From the NCBI RefSeq assembly GCF_009914755.1, contig NC_060932.1: DNA of 64,000 bases; one strand, 5' to 3'. Of this stretch, positions 50,090 to 64,000 are shown piece by piece (within the stretch, counting starts at the first letter, position 1; every line of letters starts with the position of its first letter). The stretch is from the human T2T-CHM13v2.0 reference genome, Homo sapiens. The position numbers were made by a program, and so were the translations under genes. A model generated the notes under the pieces. It was given only the letters and a program-made list of their open reading frames with translations. It did no database searches and was not told the origin of the DNA.

Positions 50090-52945
50090 AAGTGTACTCA
50101 CTCATGCAATAGTTCTACATGAGGGCTCTGAGTCCAGTGGTTTTTCTGGGCAATTATTTTCCCAGTGCGGAACTGAAAACTTTTTTCATCTTATGGCTCC
50201 ATTGTCTCTTAGGATCAGAGAGTCCTCTGCTTTGAGCTGCTGGGAGAGGTTAAAGGAGAGCAAAGGACAGACCTAGAAGTGGAAGTGAATATAAGAGAGA
50301 GAGAAGAGGTGGAGGAGGGGGAGAAACAAGCACAGGGCTATAAAGCTGTCCTTCCACCCACATCCTACTAACCCAAACTCAGAAAGGTAACATTTCACCA
50401 CTTCCATTTTCTGCACAAGTAAAACAAGAAACAGAATTTGGTTCTAAAGTCTGCTAACATCTGCCTTCTGGTCATCCGATACCCAATTCATCCTTTCTCT
50501 CACACTTGGAAAAGACTTATCCTCCCTCCTGCTTGGAGATAACGTGAAGCCACATCCAGTTCCTGAAGTCCACTCAAAGTCTAGGGTTTTTGAGAGATGA
50601 GTCCTTTCTGTCAGGTTCAGGTGTGGATCCCTGTGATACAGTGACACATAAAGTACAGAGATAAATTATCTATTCCCACATTGCAATACCAGCATGCAAA
50701 GGAGAAGCATGGATGGGATGGCCACAGTGACCCACTTGGAAAATGGAAGTATGGATAATACCACAGTGGCTAGTCTGTAGCAGTTCTGAAATCCTGCTTG
50801 ATTAGACATTGTGAAGAGCTTCTACCCTGGTAGAGGGGCAATGAACTCCCATTCTGTCCTCTGGGAAAAATTCCCTTGTCCATTGTTCTTTGTGACCTCT
50901 GACTCTACCCTCAATGAAGCTCAGCCTTGCGGCCATTTCGATGGTCACATCAGAAAAGGAGATTGGGATATATGTTCTCCTTGGGGGATGCACCGCTTTG
51001 TCAGCCTGTTTCTTTGACAGTTTTCTGGTCTGTTTGCTTCCAATCAGTTCATAGTATCCAGTCATACCCAAAGTTTTTTCCTACGTATAATTTTCAAGCA
51101 AGCCTTATTTATCTGCGTTCTAGCCCTGTGCTTGTTTCTCCCTCTCCTTCACCCCTTCTCTCTCTCTCTCTCTCTCTCTCTTCCTTGCTCTCTCTTTTTG
51201 TCTCTCTTTCCAAACTTAATGGTGGCTACCTTGAAGCAATTTGAAAGAACAAACTTACATAGAAAATAATCAATCTGTTATTTGAGTATTAATAGGCCTT
51301 TGTTTCTCAAAACCATTGCCCTATATATTACTGTCTGAGGTCTAGAAACTATCAGGTTTTCCAATCTTGTGAAGCCCCAAATTTCTGAACTCTTTCCCCT
51401 TTTTTGTGTTGTTGCTTGTAAATCGATCGCTTTCTTTCTGAGCTGAAATCTTTCTTGAAATATTTTGCTAAAGGCAATCAATAAACTAACACATTCTAAC
51501 ACTTTTTTCTCAACCACTTCTACCAGAAACATAAGCTCATTAGGGAGGTCTGACTTCCAAATTATTGTAGACACAGTTCATCAAATATTTTGCCATTGCA
51601 TAGTAAGGGGTATCAGATTATCAGCTTCTGATATCTCATGCTCTGTTGCCCACTGTTTGACAACTAAGTCAATGCCACATATTTTACGTTACTGTTACGG
51701 TAGCAACCAATTTCAAGATGCCCATTAGTCCAAAAGACGTCCGTTTCCTTATTACTCAGATTAGTCAAAAAAGACTAACTATGGTTACAAACAACTGCAA
51801 TATTCCAATGGCTGACCACTGTAAAGATCTATTTTTAACTCATGCAACATCCTCAGCATCAACAGGCCTGATCAGGTGACTCTTCTGGGGTCTCTTCTCA
51901 AAAGACAAGTCAGAGATCTAGAATATTTCCAGCATATTTCCACCTTGTGGATCTGCCATCCCCTGGGGATTTAGAATTCTTCATTTCCAGTTTTGCAGGT
52001 GGGTGTTTTAGGGACAGCCACAGTTTGTAGGGGCAAGTTCTGAAAGTATATCAGATTACCTCTGCATCTACCTCCTGGGCTAGAACTTATCTCAGTCACC
52101 CCCACTTAACTGCAAAGGGAGCTGATAAATATGGTCAAGCTACAGGTTTAGGAAGAAAAGGAAACTAGGTTCACTAGTTACCAGTTTACTGCCTCTCACT
52201 GCCACCTTGATACTTCAGTGCCTGCTCTGCAACATTGCACTAGACTCTAAACATTTCTTCTGCACAGTGAGCTCGATGGGAAGTTTTGTCAATAGGAGTT
52301 GCTGGAAGAACACCGCAGTCGAAAGGGGGCTTCTCTTCCTGGTCTGGTGTGATGAGTTTTGTTTTCTCTTGCTCCTGCTGTATAGTCTTGTGGTGCTTGT
52401 GCGTGGTGACATCCAGCAGTGAAGTGTCCCAGCTGCATGACTAACAGTGTACAGTCCCTTAACAACCTTGCAGCCTGAGCACCAGACTGGTAACCACCCC
52501 CAACATCCCCTCTGGTGTGGACACCACATACTCCAGGCCTCACACTGGCTAGAACACCTGGCACTTTCTGAACACACACCCACCAGCCTCAGCTCACCTG
52601 CACCCTGGAGTGTCGTTTCCTATATGCCTGTGACTGTGAACCAGCTCCAACCTGGGCAAGCCAGATAACTTCTCCATCATTCAGTTGGCTCCAACCTCAT
52701 TTATCTGATGAGTTCTGCAACCCGGGCTTGGGGATTCAAGTTGTCCTTTTTTGTACATTGTCTCAGCCCTAGGATGCCCTTTAGACAGAGTTATCTTTAC
52801 GTCTTCATAGTTACTCCTCTATCATACTTTAATAATTCTTTATAACAAACTTCCCCTGTTGAGATTACCATGTGGTTTTTCCTTCTGGCTGGACCCAGGC
52901 TGTAACACTGGGTTTGGTGAATGTGTAGCTCTTTCTGTCTTATCC
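50090..52945. mobile_element. Degenerate MaLR (MLT1-like LTRs plus internal sequence)
   Basis: MLT1-like segments near 50090-50410 and 51730-52169, resuming at 52913, with MLT-internal-like sequence between them. Recognised by eye; boundaries are rough. Confidence 0.55.
52170..52907 (+). mobile_element. ERVL-class solo LTR (LTR41-like) nested in the MLT1 LTR
   Basis: Begins ttcactagttaccagtttactgcctctca and ends ctggacccaggctgtaaca; flanked by 5-bp ctagg / ctggg. Confidence 0.65.
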
Positions 52946-53304
52946 TGAATCACACACCTGAGGTTTATACTGTGGCTGTTCAATTCTATAGCACAAGACA
53001 TTTTTCCTGGAGAAGAGAACTGAAACCTGGCTCTTCTGATTTTAAATCATTATAAGAGATAAAAAATCATGTAGGACAAGGCAAGAGTGCCTTTCAGTAG
53101 GAAAATTCAAGTATGACAATATGAATTCTAAAAGATATTCGTTCCTCACCACGTGTATTTAGAAATGATAAAACAATTTATGCAACATTAAACATAAAAT
53201 AAATCATTATCATGTTTAAAACACTGAAAATACATTACCTTGACACTGCCAGATTTAGCAGACTCAAAACTAAATGTTTTTTTCTATCCATTTCTCTCTG
53301 TATG

Positions 53305-53650
53305 TAATGTTATTTGAGATATAATTCAGATACCATAAAATTGATTATTTTAAAGTGTACAATTCATTGGTTTTTAGTATATTCACAAAGTATGTGAATA
53401 TCATCACTGTCTAATTCCCGAATATTTTTTATCACCCTAAAAGGAAACTCTGTATTCATTAGCAGTCACTCCTTCTTTCCCTCCCCCCAATTCCTGGCAC
53501 CCACTATCTATTTTCTGTATGTGCAGATTTACTTATTCTGGGCATTTCATATAAATGGAATCATACCATATACGGCTTTTTGTGCCTGGCTTCTTTCATT
53601 AGCCTAATACCTTCAAAGTTCACCCATGAAGTAGGATGTTACATGTAATT
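53305..53650 (-). mobile_element. L1 (L1MB/L1ME-like) 3' end
   Basis: ttgagatataattcagataccataaaatt...aaagtgtacaattca...catttcatataaatggaatcata. Confidence 0.88.
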
Positions 53651-55734
53651 TTTAATATTTGATATGTATAATCATTGAATACACACATACACATATATTC
53701 TTCTCTGTTACCTATAAAACCTGTGTTAATAATACTAAGACACCCATTTAGTTTTTACTTGAAAGAAAATAATTATGAAAGGAAAAGTAAAAACCTTATG
53801 TGTCCATGAAATCCTGAATATGAGCAAAAGAGAAAGTGAAAAATACCTTCAATCCTGCCTTTTAAATTTTCTCTCATAGTATACTGCTACTAATAATCAA
53901 CACTTACATAACACTTCAGAATTTCAACACATTTTTATATAGAATGCCAAAGGTAACACCTACTGAAGGAATTATATGCTGTGCTTTAATTCTAGGAGAC
54001 TGGAGGAATAGTATAAATAGAACTACTTTTTTTTAGTTGTTATTATCACACATCCTAAATATAAGTTAATAAAACCTCTAGTGTTTCTGTAAAAATGCTT
54101 CTGTGAATAGTGATTGGGAAAATCTCTCAGAAGGGTTTGCTTCTTGTTTTCTGAAAGAAAATTTTGAAGTTAATTATGAGTATTCTCTAAAAAAAAGCAT
54201 GATCTAATTTTACTTAAAGTTTTCTGAAATCTAAGAAGGGAAATGAGATGTGATATGTAATGCCATCATCACAATCGTATCTATATTTAACGGGTTTTTT
54301 TTCTGACCCTATCTTCAGAGGTGCCAAAAGCTATTCCCCAACAGTAATAAAATTCTAGTCTGTGTTTGGTAAAAATTTTTGCAATACCCCTCTGAGATAT
54401 GAGGTAGGAATATTATTACAGCTGGAAATAGAGATGATGGTAAGTTAAGTGACTTGTCCAAGGAGACACAATAAATCAGACGTAGGCCTTGGAAATAAAC
54501 CTTGACTTCACTTTAAGACTTTTCTCTGTGATACCATGTGGCCTTTCTGAGCCACTGTAAGTCTCCTCATTAACCCTGCAGTTAATCTTCATGTTTTATA
54601 AGACCTCCTCCAGATACATAAATATAACCTTGTAAAATACAATTTCTCAGGCAAGGTAAATTAAAGAAATCCATCCTAATAAAGACCAGGGAAAATTTAC
54701 TCTATCCACAAGATACAGGAAACCCAGTAACTTGTAGTAATGACTTCCATCTGCCCTTAGTAACTGATATGAGGTTATCACATGGCCTTGCCTATTACCC
54801 TTATTATTGGGGACTGATACATAAATATGTTGGGACTACTGGCTATAGTTTTTCAATAATGGGAGCAATATGTGGAATATAATATGAACTCCAAAGATTT
54901 CTTAGTGAAGTGCAAGTCAGGAAAGATGAATCTTCTTTATGTTAAAGACACCTTTTCCAAAAATTATATTTGTCATGCTCTATATAGTGAGTTGGACATC
55001 TATAAACTAGGTTCAGACAAAGGGGCAATTATATTTCACAAGATGCTTCACTTTTCAAGATATCTGAGCCACAGATACTATCAACTCTACTAGGTGTTTT
55101 TTTATTGGCCTCATTGTGCTCCTCTGTATCTCGGAAGAATAGCTGCATCTCATAAGCCTGATCCATTGTATTTTTATTATCCTTCCTGTGTTGAATTTTC
55201 CATCTATGTTATGTATAACAAATATATATATATATATGTTATATATATTTATATAATTGTTCCTTACATACATTGACCATGCCCTTGCAAGAAAGTTAGA
55301 TTTACTGTCTTCCATCTTAGCACCTACACTACAGAGGACTGTTCTTTCTTTTACATTGGAATCTCCTTCTTAGACCCTGAACCCAGAAAAGTAGCCACAA
55401 TGTAGTTCCTATTATAATGCTGTCGGCTAAGATACTCTTGACAGTAAAGAAAACTCTTTGTATCATTAAAATAGAATAATTAATACCTCGATATGAGACA
55501 AGTATTTTAGAAAACTTTTCTAGGAAATCCTAACGGCTTTGTTCAATAAACATAGGTGAGGACTTGCCCTACATATGATGAAAATAGTTTACAAAAGTGG
55601 CCGCTTCTGAAAATATAAAAATCTTCTGTCCTGAGTATGAATTCTAACTTCAGAGGTATCAACAAATAAGAAACAAAAGGATTAATTCTCAGGATGCCCT
55701 GTTATACTTATATATAGAAAATATATGGAATAAA

Positions 55735-56220
55735 TTATCCCACCATATCAACCACAGAAACAATAGGAGACTATATAGACATGTGTGTGTGTATATATAT
55801 GTATATATATGTTTATGTGTGCATGTGTGTATGTATGTGCATATATATATATTTGTAAAATATATATTATCCTATACAGTATTATTACTATTTTAAGGAA
55901 TTGGTTTATGCATTTGACAGCACTGGAAAATCTGAAGTCTGTACGGCAGGCAGACTGAAACTCACGCAGGAGTTAATGCTGCAGTCTTGATGCAGGTTGT
56001 CTTTTTCCCTGGGAAAACTCAGTTTTTGCTAGTAAGGCTTTCAACTGATTGACTGAGGCCCCATCCAGATTGTTGAGTGTAATCTCCTTTACTTAATGTC
56101 AACAAATTATAGATATTAATCACACTATGAAGTGACTTGTCAGAACACTTAGATTAGTGTCTGAATAAATAACTGGGTACTATAGCTTAGCCAAGTTGAC
56201 ATATAATATTAACCATCACA
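55735..56220 (-). mobile_element. MLT2-type ERVL LTR (3' LTR) with internal TG/TA microsatellite
   Basis: Ends gccaagttgacatataatattaaccatcaca (reverse complement of the MLT2 start TGTGATGGTTAAT) and abuts a polypurine-tract-like aaggggtagac on the minus strand. Confidence 0.85.
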
Positions 56221-57860
56221 GTCTACCCCTTGTCAACTTGGGGTGACATCTCCTCAAAGCATACCTAATATTCAAATAAAGACAATAACAAGGTCATACT
56301 TCTACCTAATATAAAATAACTATCCTGCATGTAGCCAAGAACACTAGCCCTTTTTCCAGGATAGGATGCAAAATCCTTGGGTGATATTTTCTCTTTTCCT
56401 TGATATCTTATAACCTTTAAAATGTGGCATAAAATTAACTATTATACACAGATTTTATGTTATATGATAATGAGATAATAGAAAAGAAAACAAAGATATT
56501 TGACATATACATATGTGTAGGTATATATACACACAAGCACACATAAAAGTTCATAACAAAATAAGGAATAAATACTCAGAACAATCAGAGTCATCAATTC
56601 TGCAACTCATTATGTGGTCATACTTTTATTTATAACTGCCTTCATCTGCGACTTATTCCATATTTCCTTTGCACTTCGCAAACACCTCAGCTGGAGGTGG
56701 TCCTTTGCCTGGTAGGGTGACCCAAACATTCCTTTCTCAAGGATCTTACTAGTCCTACCTAAGTTGGGTTGGTATGGTTGTCTACTGACTTTAATCACAT
56801 GGCATGGCAGTATAAAGACATGCCCTGAGGGATCTCCTGTATTCTTTACTCCCATTGTATAGTAGCAGCTCAATTCCTCTAGTAATCAGGATCAGTCACG
56901 CCAGCCAGCATCTCCCTTCTTGGCCTGTTGATTTGGAAGCATGAGGAGCCCAAAGTGGCCAGGTGGTAGTCTTAACTTCCAGTTTATATAGTCATTGTTG
57001 TGTCTTCCAATGGAAACATTCTAGGTTCTCTAGACCAGCTCCTATGGACTGAATGTTTGTATTCTGCATATTCATATGTTGAAATTGAATTCCCAATGTG
57101 AGGGTATTTGGAGGTAGGGCCTTTGAGAGATGATCAGGTCATGAGGGCTTTGATTAGTGTTATTATTAAAGAGACCTCAGAGACCTTTCTCACCCCTTCC
57201 AGCATGTAAGAGCCCAGTGAGAAGATGGCATCTATGAAGCAGAAATCAGGTCCTTACCAGACACCAAATATGCTCACACCTTGATTTTGGACTTCCCAGC
57301 CTCCTAAACTGAGAGAAATAAATTTATGTTGTTTATAAGACAGTTTATGGTATTTTGTTATAGTAACTTGAATGGACTAAGATACCAGCCTAGCATAAGG
57401 TTGTGAGGACAGGAAGCAAGTATTTTGCTAGTGAATTACTGAGGGTAATAGTGATTGGAGCCATTCCCGTTTCTACCCTTTGATTTCTCACTGGTGGATG
57501 CTGGCTAGGGGACAAACAGTAGCTTATATTGGACATTGATTTAGAGCATATACAGCTTTCTGTGCTACAAAGTGTTACCACCTAGCTTGTGCTATAACTG
57601 GGTCTTTAAAGGCCTTTCCACCATTCTATCAAGTCAGTTGCTTCAAAATGATGGGGTACGTGACAAGACCGGTGAATTTCATGACCACGGGCCCATTGTC
57701 CCACTTCATCTGCTATGAAATGAGCTCCTTGATCAAGAGTAATGCTGTGTGAAACACCATGATGGAGAATAAAGCATTCTGTAAGTCCATGGATGGTAGT
57801 TTTGGCAGAAGATTTGTGTGTAGGAAAGGCAAATTCGTTTCCAGAGAAAGTGTCCAGAAT
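56221..57860 (-). mobile_element. ERVL internal remnant (integrase and dUTPase-like region), decayed
   Basis: Minus-strand peptides HSITLDQGAHFIADEV and VPHHFEATDLIEWWKGL (integrase core) and KLRLPPGHFGLLM (dUTPase-like, near 56940-56980). Confidence 0.85.
57040..57384 (+). mobile_element. MaLR solo LTR (MLT1A-like) nested in the ERVL internal sequence
   Basis: ctatggactgaatgtttgt...ttcatatgttgaaa...ggacttcccagcctcc...ggactaagata; exact 5-bp target-site duplication ccagc (57035-57039 / 57385-57389). Confidence 0.9.
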
Positions 57861-58613
57861 ATTAATACATTCACCTTATACACACATTCATCCTCCATGC
57901 TAGGGATAACAAGTTGACCTGCACAATGAAATCATATTGTCCATGGAGGGCAGATGAAGAGCTATTACGGTATGATGGGTAGTGTTGGCTGTGGGAACTT
58001 TGAATGAACAGATTCCCTTTGATATGTAGTAGGAACATATTTCTGTAACTTATACTGCTGAGAAAAAGTACATTACAGAAGAATTATTGTTTTGTATCTG
58101 GAAACTGTATTCCATTACTTTAAAATTAACTGCAGAGTGAAATAGAAATTTTCCAGTGTGCAAGAAAGACCAAACTTAGAAAAATGCCTTAATGAAAATA
58201 AAGGTTTATGCCCAGGCCTATCTTTCATTTCAGTGTACACTCAGACAAATTACTTTTATTGAAATGTTTATGGAACATTTCAATCCTCATTTGAAAATAA
58301 GGATAATAGCTATTCTGTGTGTTTTCCCCTATTTTAGTGAGGATTAAATGGGAAATTTATTTAAAGCACTTAACTCAGTGCACAGAACATAGAAACCGCT
58401 TAAGAAATTGTAACTAAAAAGACATAGATACTCATCTTAGTTCACAATAATACTGTGAAGTCATTTTTAACTAGTCCTGTTTTATGGATGAGGAGACAGA
58501 AACTGAAAGGGAGAATGCTTTGCTGAAAGTGAGAGAAACTGAGCTCAAAGAGATGAACCATGATTCATATTCAGGTTTTCTTCCTTACAAATGATATTTA
58601 TTGTGGGTTGACT

Positions 58614-58655
58614 GTGTGTGTGTGTGTGTTTGTGTGTGTGTTTGTGTGTGTCTGT
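58614..58655. repeat. (TG)n imperfect microsatellite
   Basis: Visible TG run. Confidence 0.9.
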
Positions 58656-59257
58656 GATTTCAAGATAAATACAGGCTTATTGTAGACAATTTTAAAAACA
58701 CAGAAACACACCAAGAAGAAAAATTAATTACTACTTTTAGCCGTTACGTTTTTATATCTAAACTATATATAATTACAGATACTACTATTAATAGAAATAA
58801 TAGCTAGCCTTTATTGAGTCCTTTAATGAATCAGTGTTTTTTCTAAGTGTTTCACATAGATTAAAACACTTGGCCCTGACAAATACAATAGAGGGTAAGT
58901 ATTATTCTTATCTCCATTTACCAATGAGGAACTGTAGGCCTGGAGTGATTAGCCAGTTTTCCAAAGGTAACCAGCCTCAACGGTGGAGGCCACTCACACT
59001 CAGGCTGGGTGACAATAGAACCAATATCTTTAATATCTAGGCTAGTAACCTTAATACAGACAATTGGTTACATTGGAATCATACTGCATACTTTTTATAA
59101 TGAGACTTTTCCATAATGCTGCAATTATCCTTCTATGTCATTGAATATACTTCTACATGTTGATGTTTATTGACAACGTCATATGAAAAGTTAAAAAGGG
59201 AACCATTATTTAATTAATTTTATACTGTTAGATGCTTAAGTTGCTGTTGTTGATTGT

Positions 59258-59757
59258 TGTGATGGTTAATTTTATGTGTCAATTTGATAAGGCTAAAAGA
59301 TACCCAGATATCTGGTAAAGCATTGTTTCTGGGTGTGTTTGTGAGGGTGTCTCCTTGAGTCAATAGACTGAGTCAAGAATATTGTCCTCACAAATGTGAG
59401 TGGGCATCATTTAATCTGTTGAGGGACTGATTAGAACAAAAAGTCAGAGGAAGGCAAATTTGCTCTATCTTCTTGAGGTGGGACACCCATCTTCTGCTCT
59501 TGGATATTGGCACTCCTGGTTTTTGGGCCTTCAGAGTTGTATTGGGACTTCCATCATTGGCCCCCCTGGTTTTCAGGTCTTTTAGCTTAGCCAGAAACTA
59601 CACCACCAGCTTTCCTGGGCCTCCACCATGCAGACAGAAGACCACAGGACTCCTCAGCCTCCATCATCAGGTGAGCCAATCCTCATACTAAATCTTTTCC
59701 TATATATCTCTATATATTCTATTGGCTCTGTTTCTCTAGAAAGACCTGATTAATACA
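59258..59757 (+). mobile_element. MLT2-type ERVL solo LTR
   Basis: tgtgatggttaattttatgtgtcaa...cagctttcctgggcctcca...gtgagccaat...tctgtttctctag...taataca. Confidence 0.9.
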
Positions 59758-61729
59758 CTCTACCACATATTAAGTAATCTGGATTTATTATTAATCTCAA
59801 GAATGTCTTTTCCTCTTCCTGCCATAAGTTTCTATCCAGGAGAAACAGCAAAGGCACAGCCAATATGTTTGTCATGCAACTTGACTCAAGGCTTCTCCCA
59901 GAGCTCTCTGTCTCTTAATTTTTAGAGATTTGTAGTGAAGAACTTTAATCAAATATTGCAATATGATAGATATGTTTGATAATTTTATTTTGTGAAAAAT
60001 ATTGTTTTCACCACTAATGCCTATTGAAATCAAGAATTCCCTCAAATTTCTTAAATTTTAAGTTGCAAAATACAGGATCTGTTAACTAGAGCAAATAATG
60101 CCAAGTGTTAAAATCCTAAGAGATTAGATTTTACACTTCACTTCTACATAAATATACATGCATGAAGACCTACCCATTTGTTCCAATAAGTGTTTTATAT
60201 TGCTTTTTGCCTTTCAATGCAAATCTAATGCAAAGATGAGAAACTATATTTCAACCTCAAATAACACTTCACAAAGTATGGATGATCATTTAAAAAAGAA
60301 TAAAGGGGAAATATCAAGGAAAAAACAGATTCCTTTAGGTGTTTTTGTTTTGTTTTAACTATTAACACAATGGAAGATAGATTCAGTGGTCATTATAAGC
60401 AGGGAAAGAATATTGGATTAAAATTTGGGAAGGCTTCCTTGGGAGTTTTCTTTCTTGCTCTTGACTTTGTACATTCGAAGTACTGCAAGAGGTTGGGGAA
60501 GAATATCTGGGCATAGCCTCATCTAGATACCAAAATATATGTATTTTTTATGGTCAGTGCTCAACCACTTTGTGCAGGGATATACTCAGGACCCTAAGTT
60601 TCCTCCAGTGTGGCAGTTTCTAAGGCCAGACTTTGAGGAGTTAAAGGAGGCCAGGGCGCAGGGACAGCTGGAGATAATTACTTACAATCAAAGGACATGC
60701 AGAAAATCAGCAGGAACAGCAGGGTGAGGTGTTCTGCCTGGCTGGATTATAGGAGTCATCTGGACAGAGGCAACCAGGCTTAAACACTGGTAAGGGAATT
60801 TTGCACTGTTTGATCTTATTTTAAGACCTAAGAAAGAGATTGTGATTGGTTTGAACCTGGTTTAAAAAGCCCAAAGGTAGACATTCCTACCATAAACAGC
60901 TTGAACTCTCTTGTCCTCCAAGCGGGGATGTAGGAAGGATGTGTTAAGGTCAAGGGGGCTTTGCGTATTAAACACAAGATCGGGTTTTACTTCTAAAATT
61001 CTGAAGCATACGTTTGTACTCCTGTTTGCCAACATGAGCAATTAGTCTAAAATCTTGTACATTTGACTTTGTTTTTTGTATTTTTTTTTTTTTGCCTAAA
61101 ATCTCTATGTAAAAACCTCTTGACTTTCAACTTTTTTCATCAATTCACTTTTTTTCCTATAGTCCTAAATTATATTTCAGCAACTGCCATTTTCCCTCAC
61201 AGGTCCAAGATTCATGAGGCAAATAAATATTTCTTCAGTGAGAGAGTGCATCATAGCTAGCACTATTTTGAGATATCAGATCTCTGAAGTCTTTAAATTG
61301 GATTTTCTTCTCAAATACTTATTTTTTCCACTTAATATCATGTGTAAAATGAATTCACTGCATTATATTCAGCACCTAAACCTTGACTCTCGGAGAAACC
61401 TTTCCTTGATGAACTCCAATCCAAAGCTATGATCACTCTTCTTTTTGATTTATCTATAGTGTTAAGAAAAAGCTCTAAACTTTACAACATTAGGCACTTT
61501 ATCGGGTAACCACAGAATTAAGCATATGAAGCAACTTGAAAGGAGGGATGCTTGCTTCAAAGCTGATGGCATTAGATGTTACAAGATAAAACGGAAAAAC
61601 ACCTCATGTACAAATGCCTGGGGCAGGACTTATACAGACAGCATAAATGACAGCCTTTTCATTTATGATACGGAATTTGTGGGGGGCAGAGCTCCGTGGT
61701 AGAAGTCAGAAACTTTTATACACAAAAGC

Positions 61730-62700
61730 ACTGTCAGAACCTAAGCTGTGTCTCCCTTCCTTAGAAACTGTCAATGGTTCCCTATTGCTTACAGGATGAA
61801 GCCCAAATGCCTTAGAATTCACAGCAGCTCTTTATGTATGTTTCAGATCAGCCTCTGTGCCTCTTCTTCCCTTTTCCTGTCTTTGCCCTGTGTGCCCACG
61901 CTCCATCTAGCCCTTAAAAATGCCCTTTGTGTTCTTAGGCTTGAACTTTTGATACTATTATATCTTCAAATGTCTTACCCTAATTGCACAGCCTGGAAAT
62001 TTTCCATGTGAGTGTAAAGGTCAGCATCAGAAATTTTTCCCTCAACCCAAGCCCACAACCTTAACAAACAAACAAAAAGCTTTACCCTTTCTGCTACCCC
62101 CAATTAACAAACAAATCCATGCCTCATTCCTACTTGTCCTGAAGAATTAACTGATCCTTTATTAGTGTATTCATAGCAATATGTACATCTCTCTATAATT
62201 CATTTATTCCATAATTCAGGCATTACTTCATTCATGAATTTGTTTAAAAAGTGCTTATTGAGTATTTTTTTACGTAATGATGACCAGTCACTGCTCTAAA
62301 TTCTGGGAATTAAACAGTGAACCAGACAGACTGATGATCTCAGAGCTAACAAGCTAGCCATTACCTTAAACTTCTTCACATGACATTATGATTAGCCACT
62401 TGCCTCTCCACTATCCCTGGGAGAAAGAACAACTTAATAATCTTTGAATCTACAAGGTTGGTAGTGTGGTTAATATTCATGAACCTAATAACATATCCAA
62501 ATTGATGCTCACTGTGTTGCAAGTAAAGCTTTTATGCTTTATGTGAATCTTCTCATGAAATCCTCCCATGAGCCCTGTGAGGGAGATACTCAATGCTCTC
62601 AGAGAAGGCAAGAAACTTGCCTAAGGTCACACAGTTATTAAGTAGTAGAGTCAGAAATTGAACTCCAGTCTGTCTGACTCCCAGAGTAAAGTGAGTGAAA
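61730..62700. mobile_element. Cluster of L2 and MIR fragments
   Basis: L2-like tcaatggttccctattgcttacaggatgaagcccaaa; MIR core acttgcctaaggtcacacag..agtagtagagtcagaaattgaactcca. Confidence 0.65.
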
Positions 62701-64000
62701 AAAAATGGATGAATGAATGCAATATTACAAAAAGAGGTCAGTCCTTTGACCAGGGCTCCAAGTCAGGTGGGCATGTTGTTGTTGGCCTAAGGAAGAAAAA
62801 TACTTGGAGCAAAAGTCTCCACTCTTAGTATGGAAGAAGAGGCAAGGGGCTTCATGTACTCGAAGGTTTGAAACTTACGCTGAAAAATCTATTTCTTACT
62901 TTTATCACTAATACCAGATCTGTTAGGACAGGTTAAAAATGGTTAATTCGTTCACTCATGTTTTGCCTCTCTATAAAAATTATTTCAGACTGCCTTAAAT
63001 GGAATCAAATATAACCAAATTTGATAATAAATCCCTGCTTTTCTCACGCTGGAACATACTCTCTAGAGTTGCCCATGTGAGAAGCCGCTCCATGTCCCAT
63101 TAGTTCCTGCAATGCCGAGTGCCTACCCGTGTGGCTTTTGCTTGAGAATCTACACCTAAAATCATCCCTTGGCCACCTCATAATATTCTGAGAGTGACTG
63201 TCTTGGCCTTTAAAATTCACCCGCAATGCCCCATCCCCCCAAGGTAAGTTTCATTACACAGAGCATAATTTTTACATCAGATCATAACAAGTACACCTTC
63301 TAAAGCTGGTAAAAATCTTTTTAGCCCTTTTCCTCTAATGCTGTTATGGACTTCTAGAAACTGTTTATTTACATAGATAAGATTTTTAAATGTAAATAAT
63401 AGAGAAGAGGAAATATATTGAGTGTGTGGGGTGATAGAATTGTTATGACTGAGCATCAAAGTTGGGGCCGTGTTTCCTGATAAGTTTCATAATTTTCACC
63501 ATAAAAAGAGAGCCTTTTGCTCTGTATCATTCCTCTTGGAGTCACTATTCTTCTCTGGACATAAATACTTACAATAATATCAACATCTTAAATATTGATA
63601 ATCATGTTAAGAAATAAGTTTTAAAGTTTTTCTTATAGAAATGGCCAGGGAAAGTTCTGTTCACTTCCTTGAAAGAGTTCATTGTTAACAGAATACTGAA
63701 TTCATTTACATCAGTTGATATTTTCATCTTTGCCTTTAACTTTCCTACATTATTTATTGAATACGGTAGTCTTTAACATTTTTTATGAAAAATAATTTTC
63801 ACAGGGCGGGGATGCTGAGGGGCAACCTCTTTTGCCCTCGACTTTGTGTTTCTCTGTGGTGAGGCATCATTAACGTAACACTCCAGGCCTCTCTCTCCAC
63901 CCCCTCATTTACTCCTTCTGAAGGATGAAGGAACTTCTCTGGCTGGTGGATCTGGAACAACTAGGCATGCCTAGCTCTGTCCTTCCTTTTTTCCTTCTCT

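Noticed and set aside
60530-61000. Purine-rich block resembling an ancient LTR
   Set aside because: No family-diagnostic ends or target-site duplication could be recognised.
1-64000. A novel multi-gene system, CRISPR array or RNA gene
   Set aside because: No regularly spaced repeat-spacer array, tRNA/rRNA-like sequence or second credible gene was seen. The content is explained by ZFHX4 and common mammalian repeats.

Overview
Human-like genomic DNA (AT-rich, CpG-depleted, with Alu, L1, L2, MIR, MaLR/ERVL and hAT relics). It contains the 3' part of ZFHX4, a zinc finger homeobox transcription factor, on the + strand. Seven GT-AG coding exons join in one reading frame: 10469-10537, 19788-19904, 26128-26261, 26645-26845, 27378-27495, the giant 5415-nt exon 28019-33433 (four homeodomains, many C2H2 fingers, poly-Q/poly-P) and the terminal exon from 40231 (TAG at 41700-41702; 3' UTR to about 44420). 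Together they give 7526 coding nt. The first of these exons is absent from the ORF track. About 19.5 kb of repeat-rich intergenic DNA follows. I found no credible undescribed biological system. The leads worth checking are a probable Pro>Ser coding allele, in-frame alternative acceptors and cassette exons, a possible intronic-polyadenylation isoform, an L1 insertion beside a branch point, transposon-poor candidate enhancer introns and nested LTR elements. Repeat subfamilies and exon numbers were assigned by eye or from memory and are approximate.
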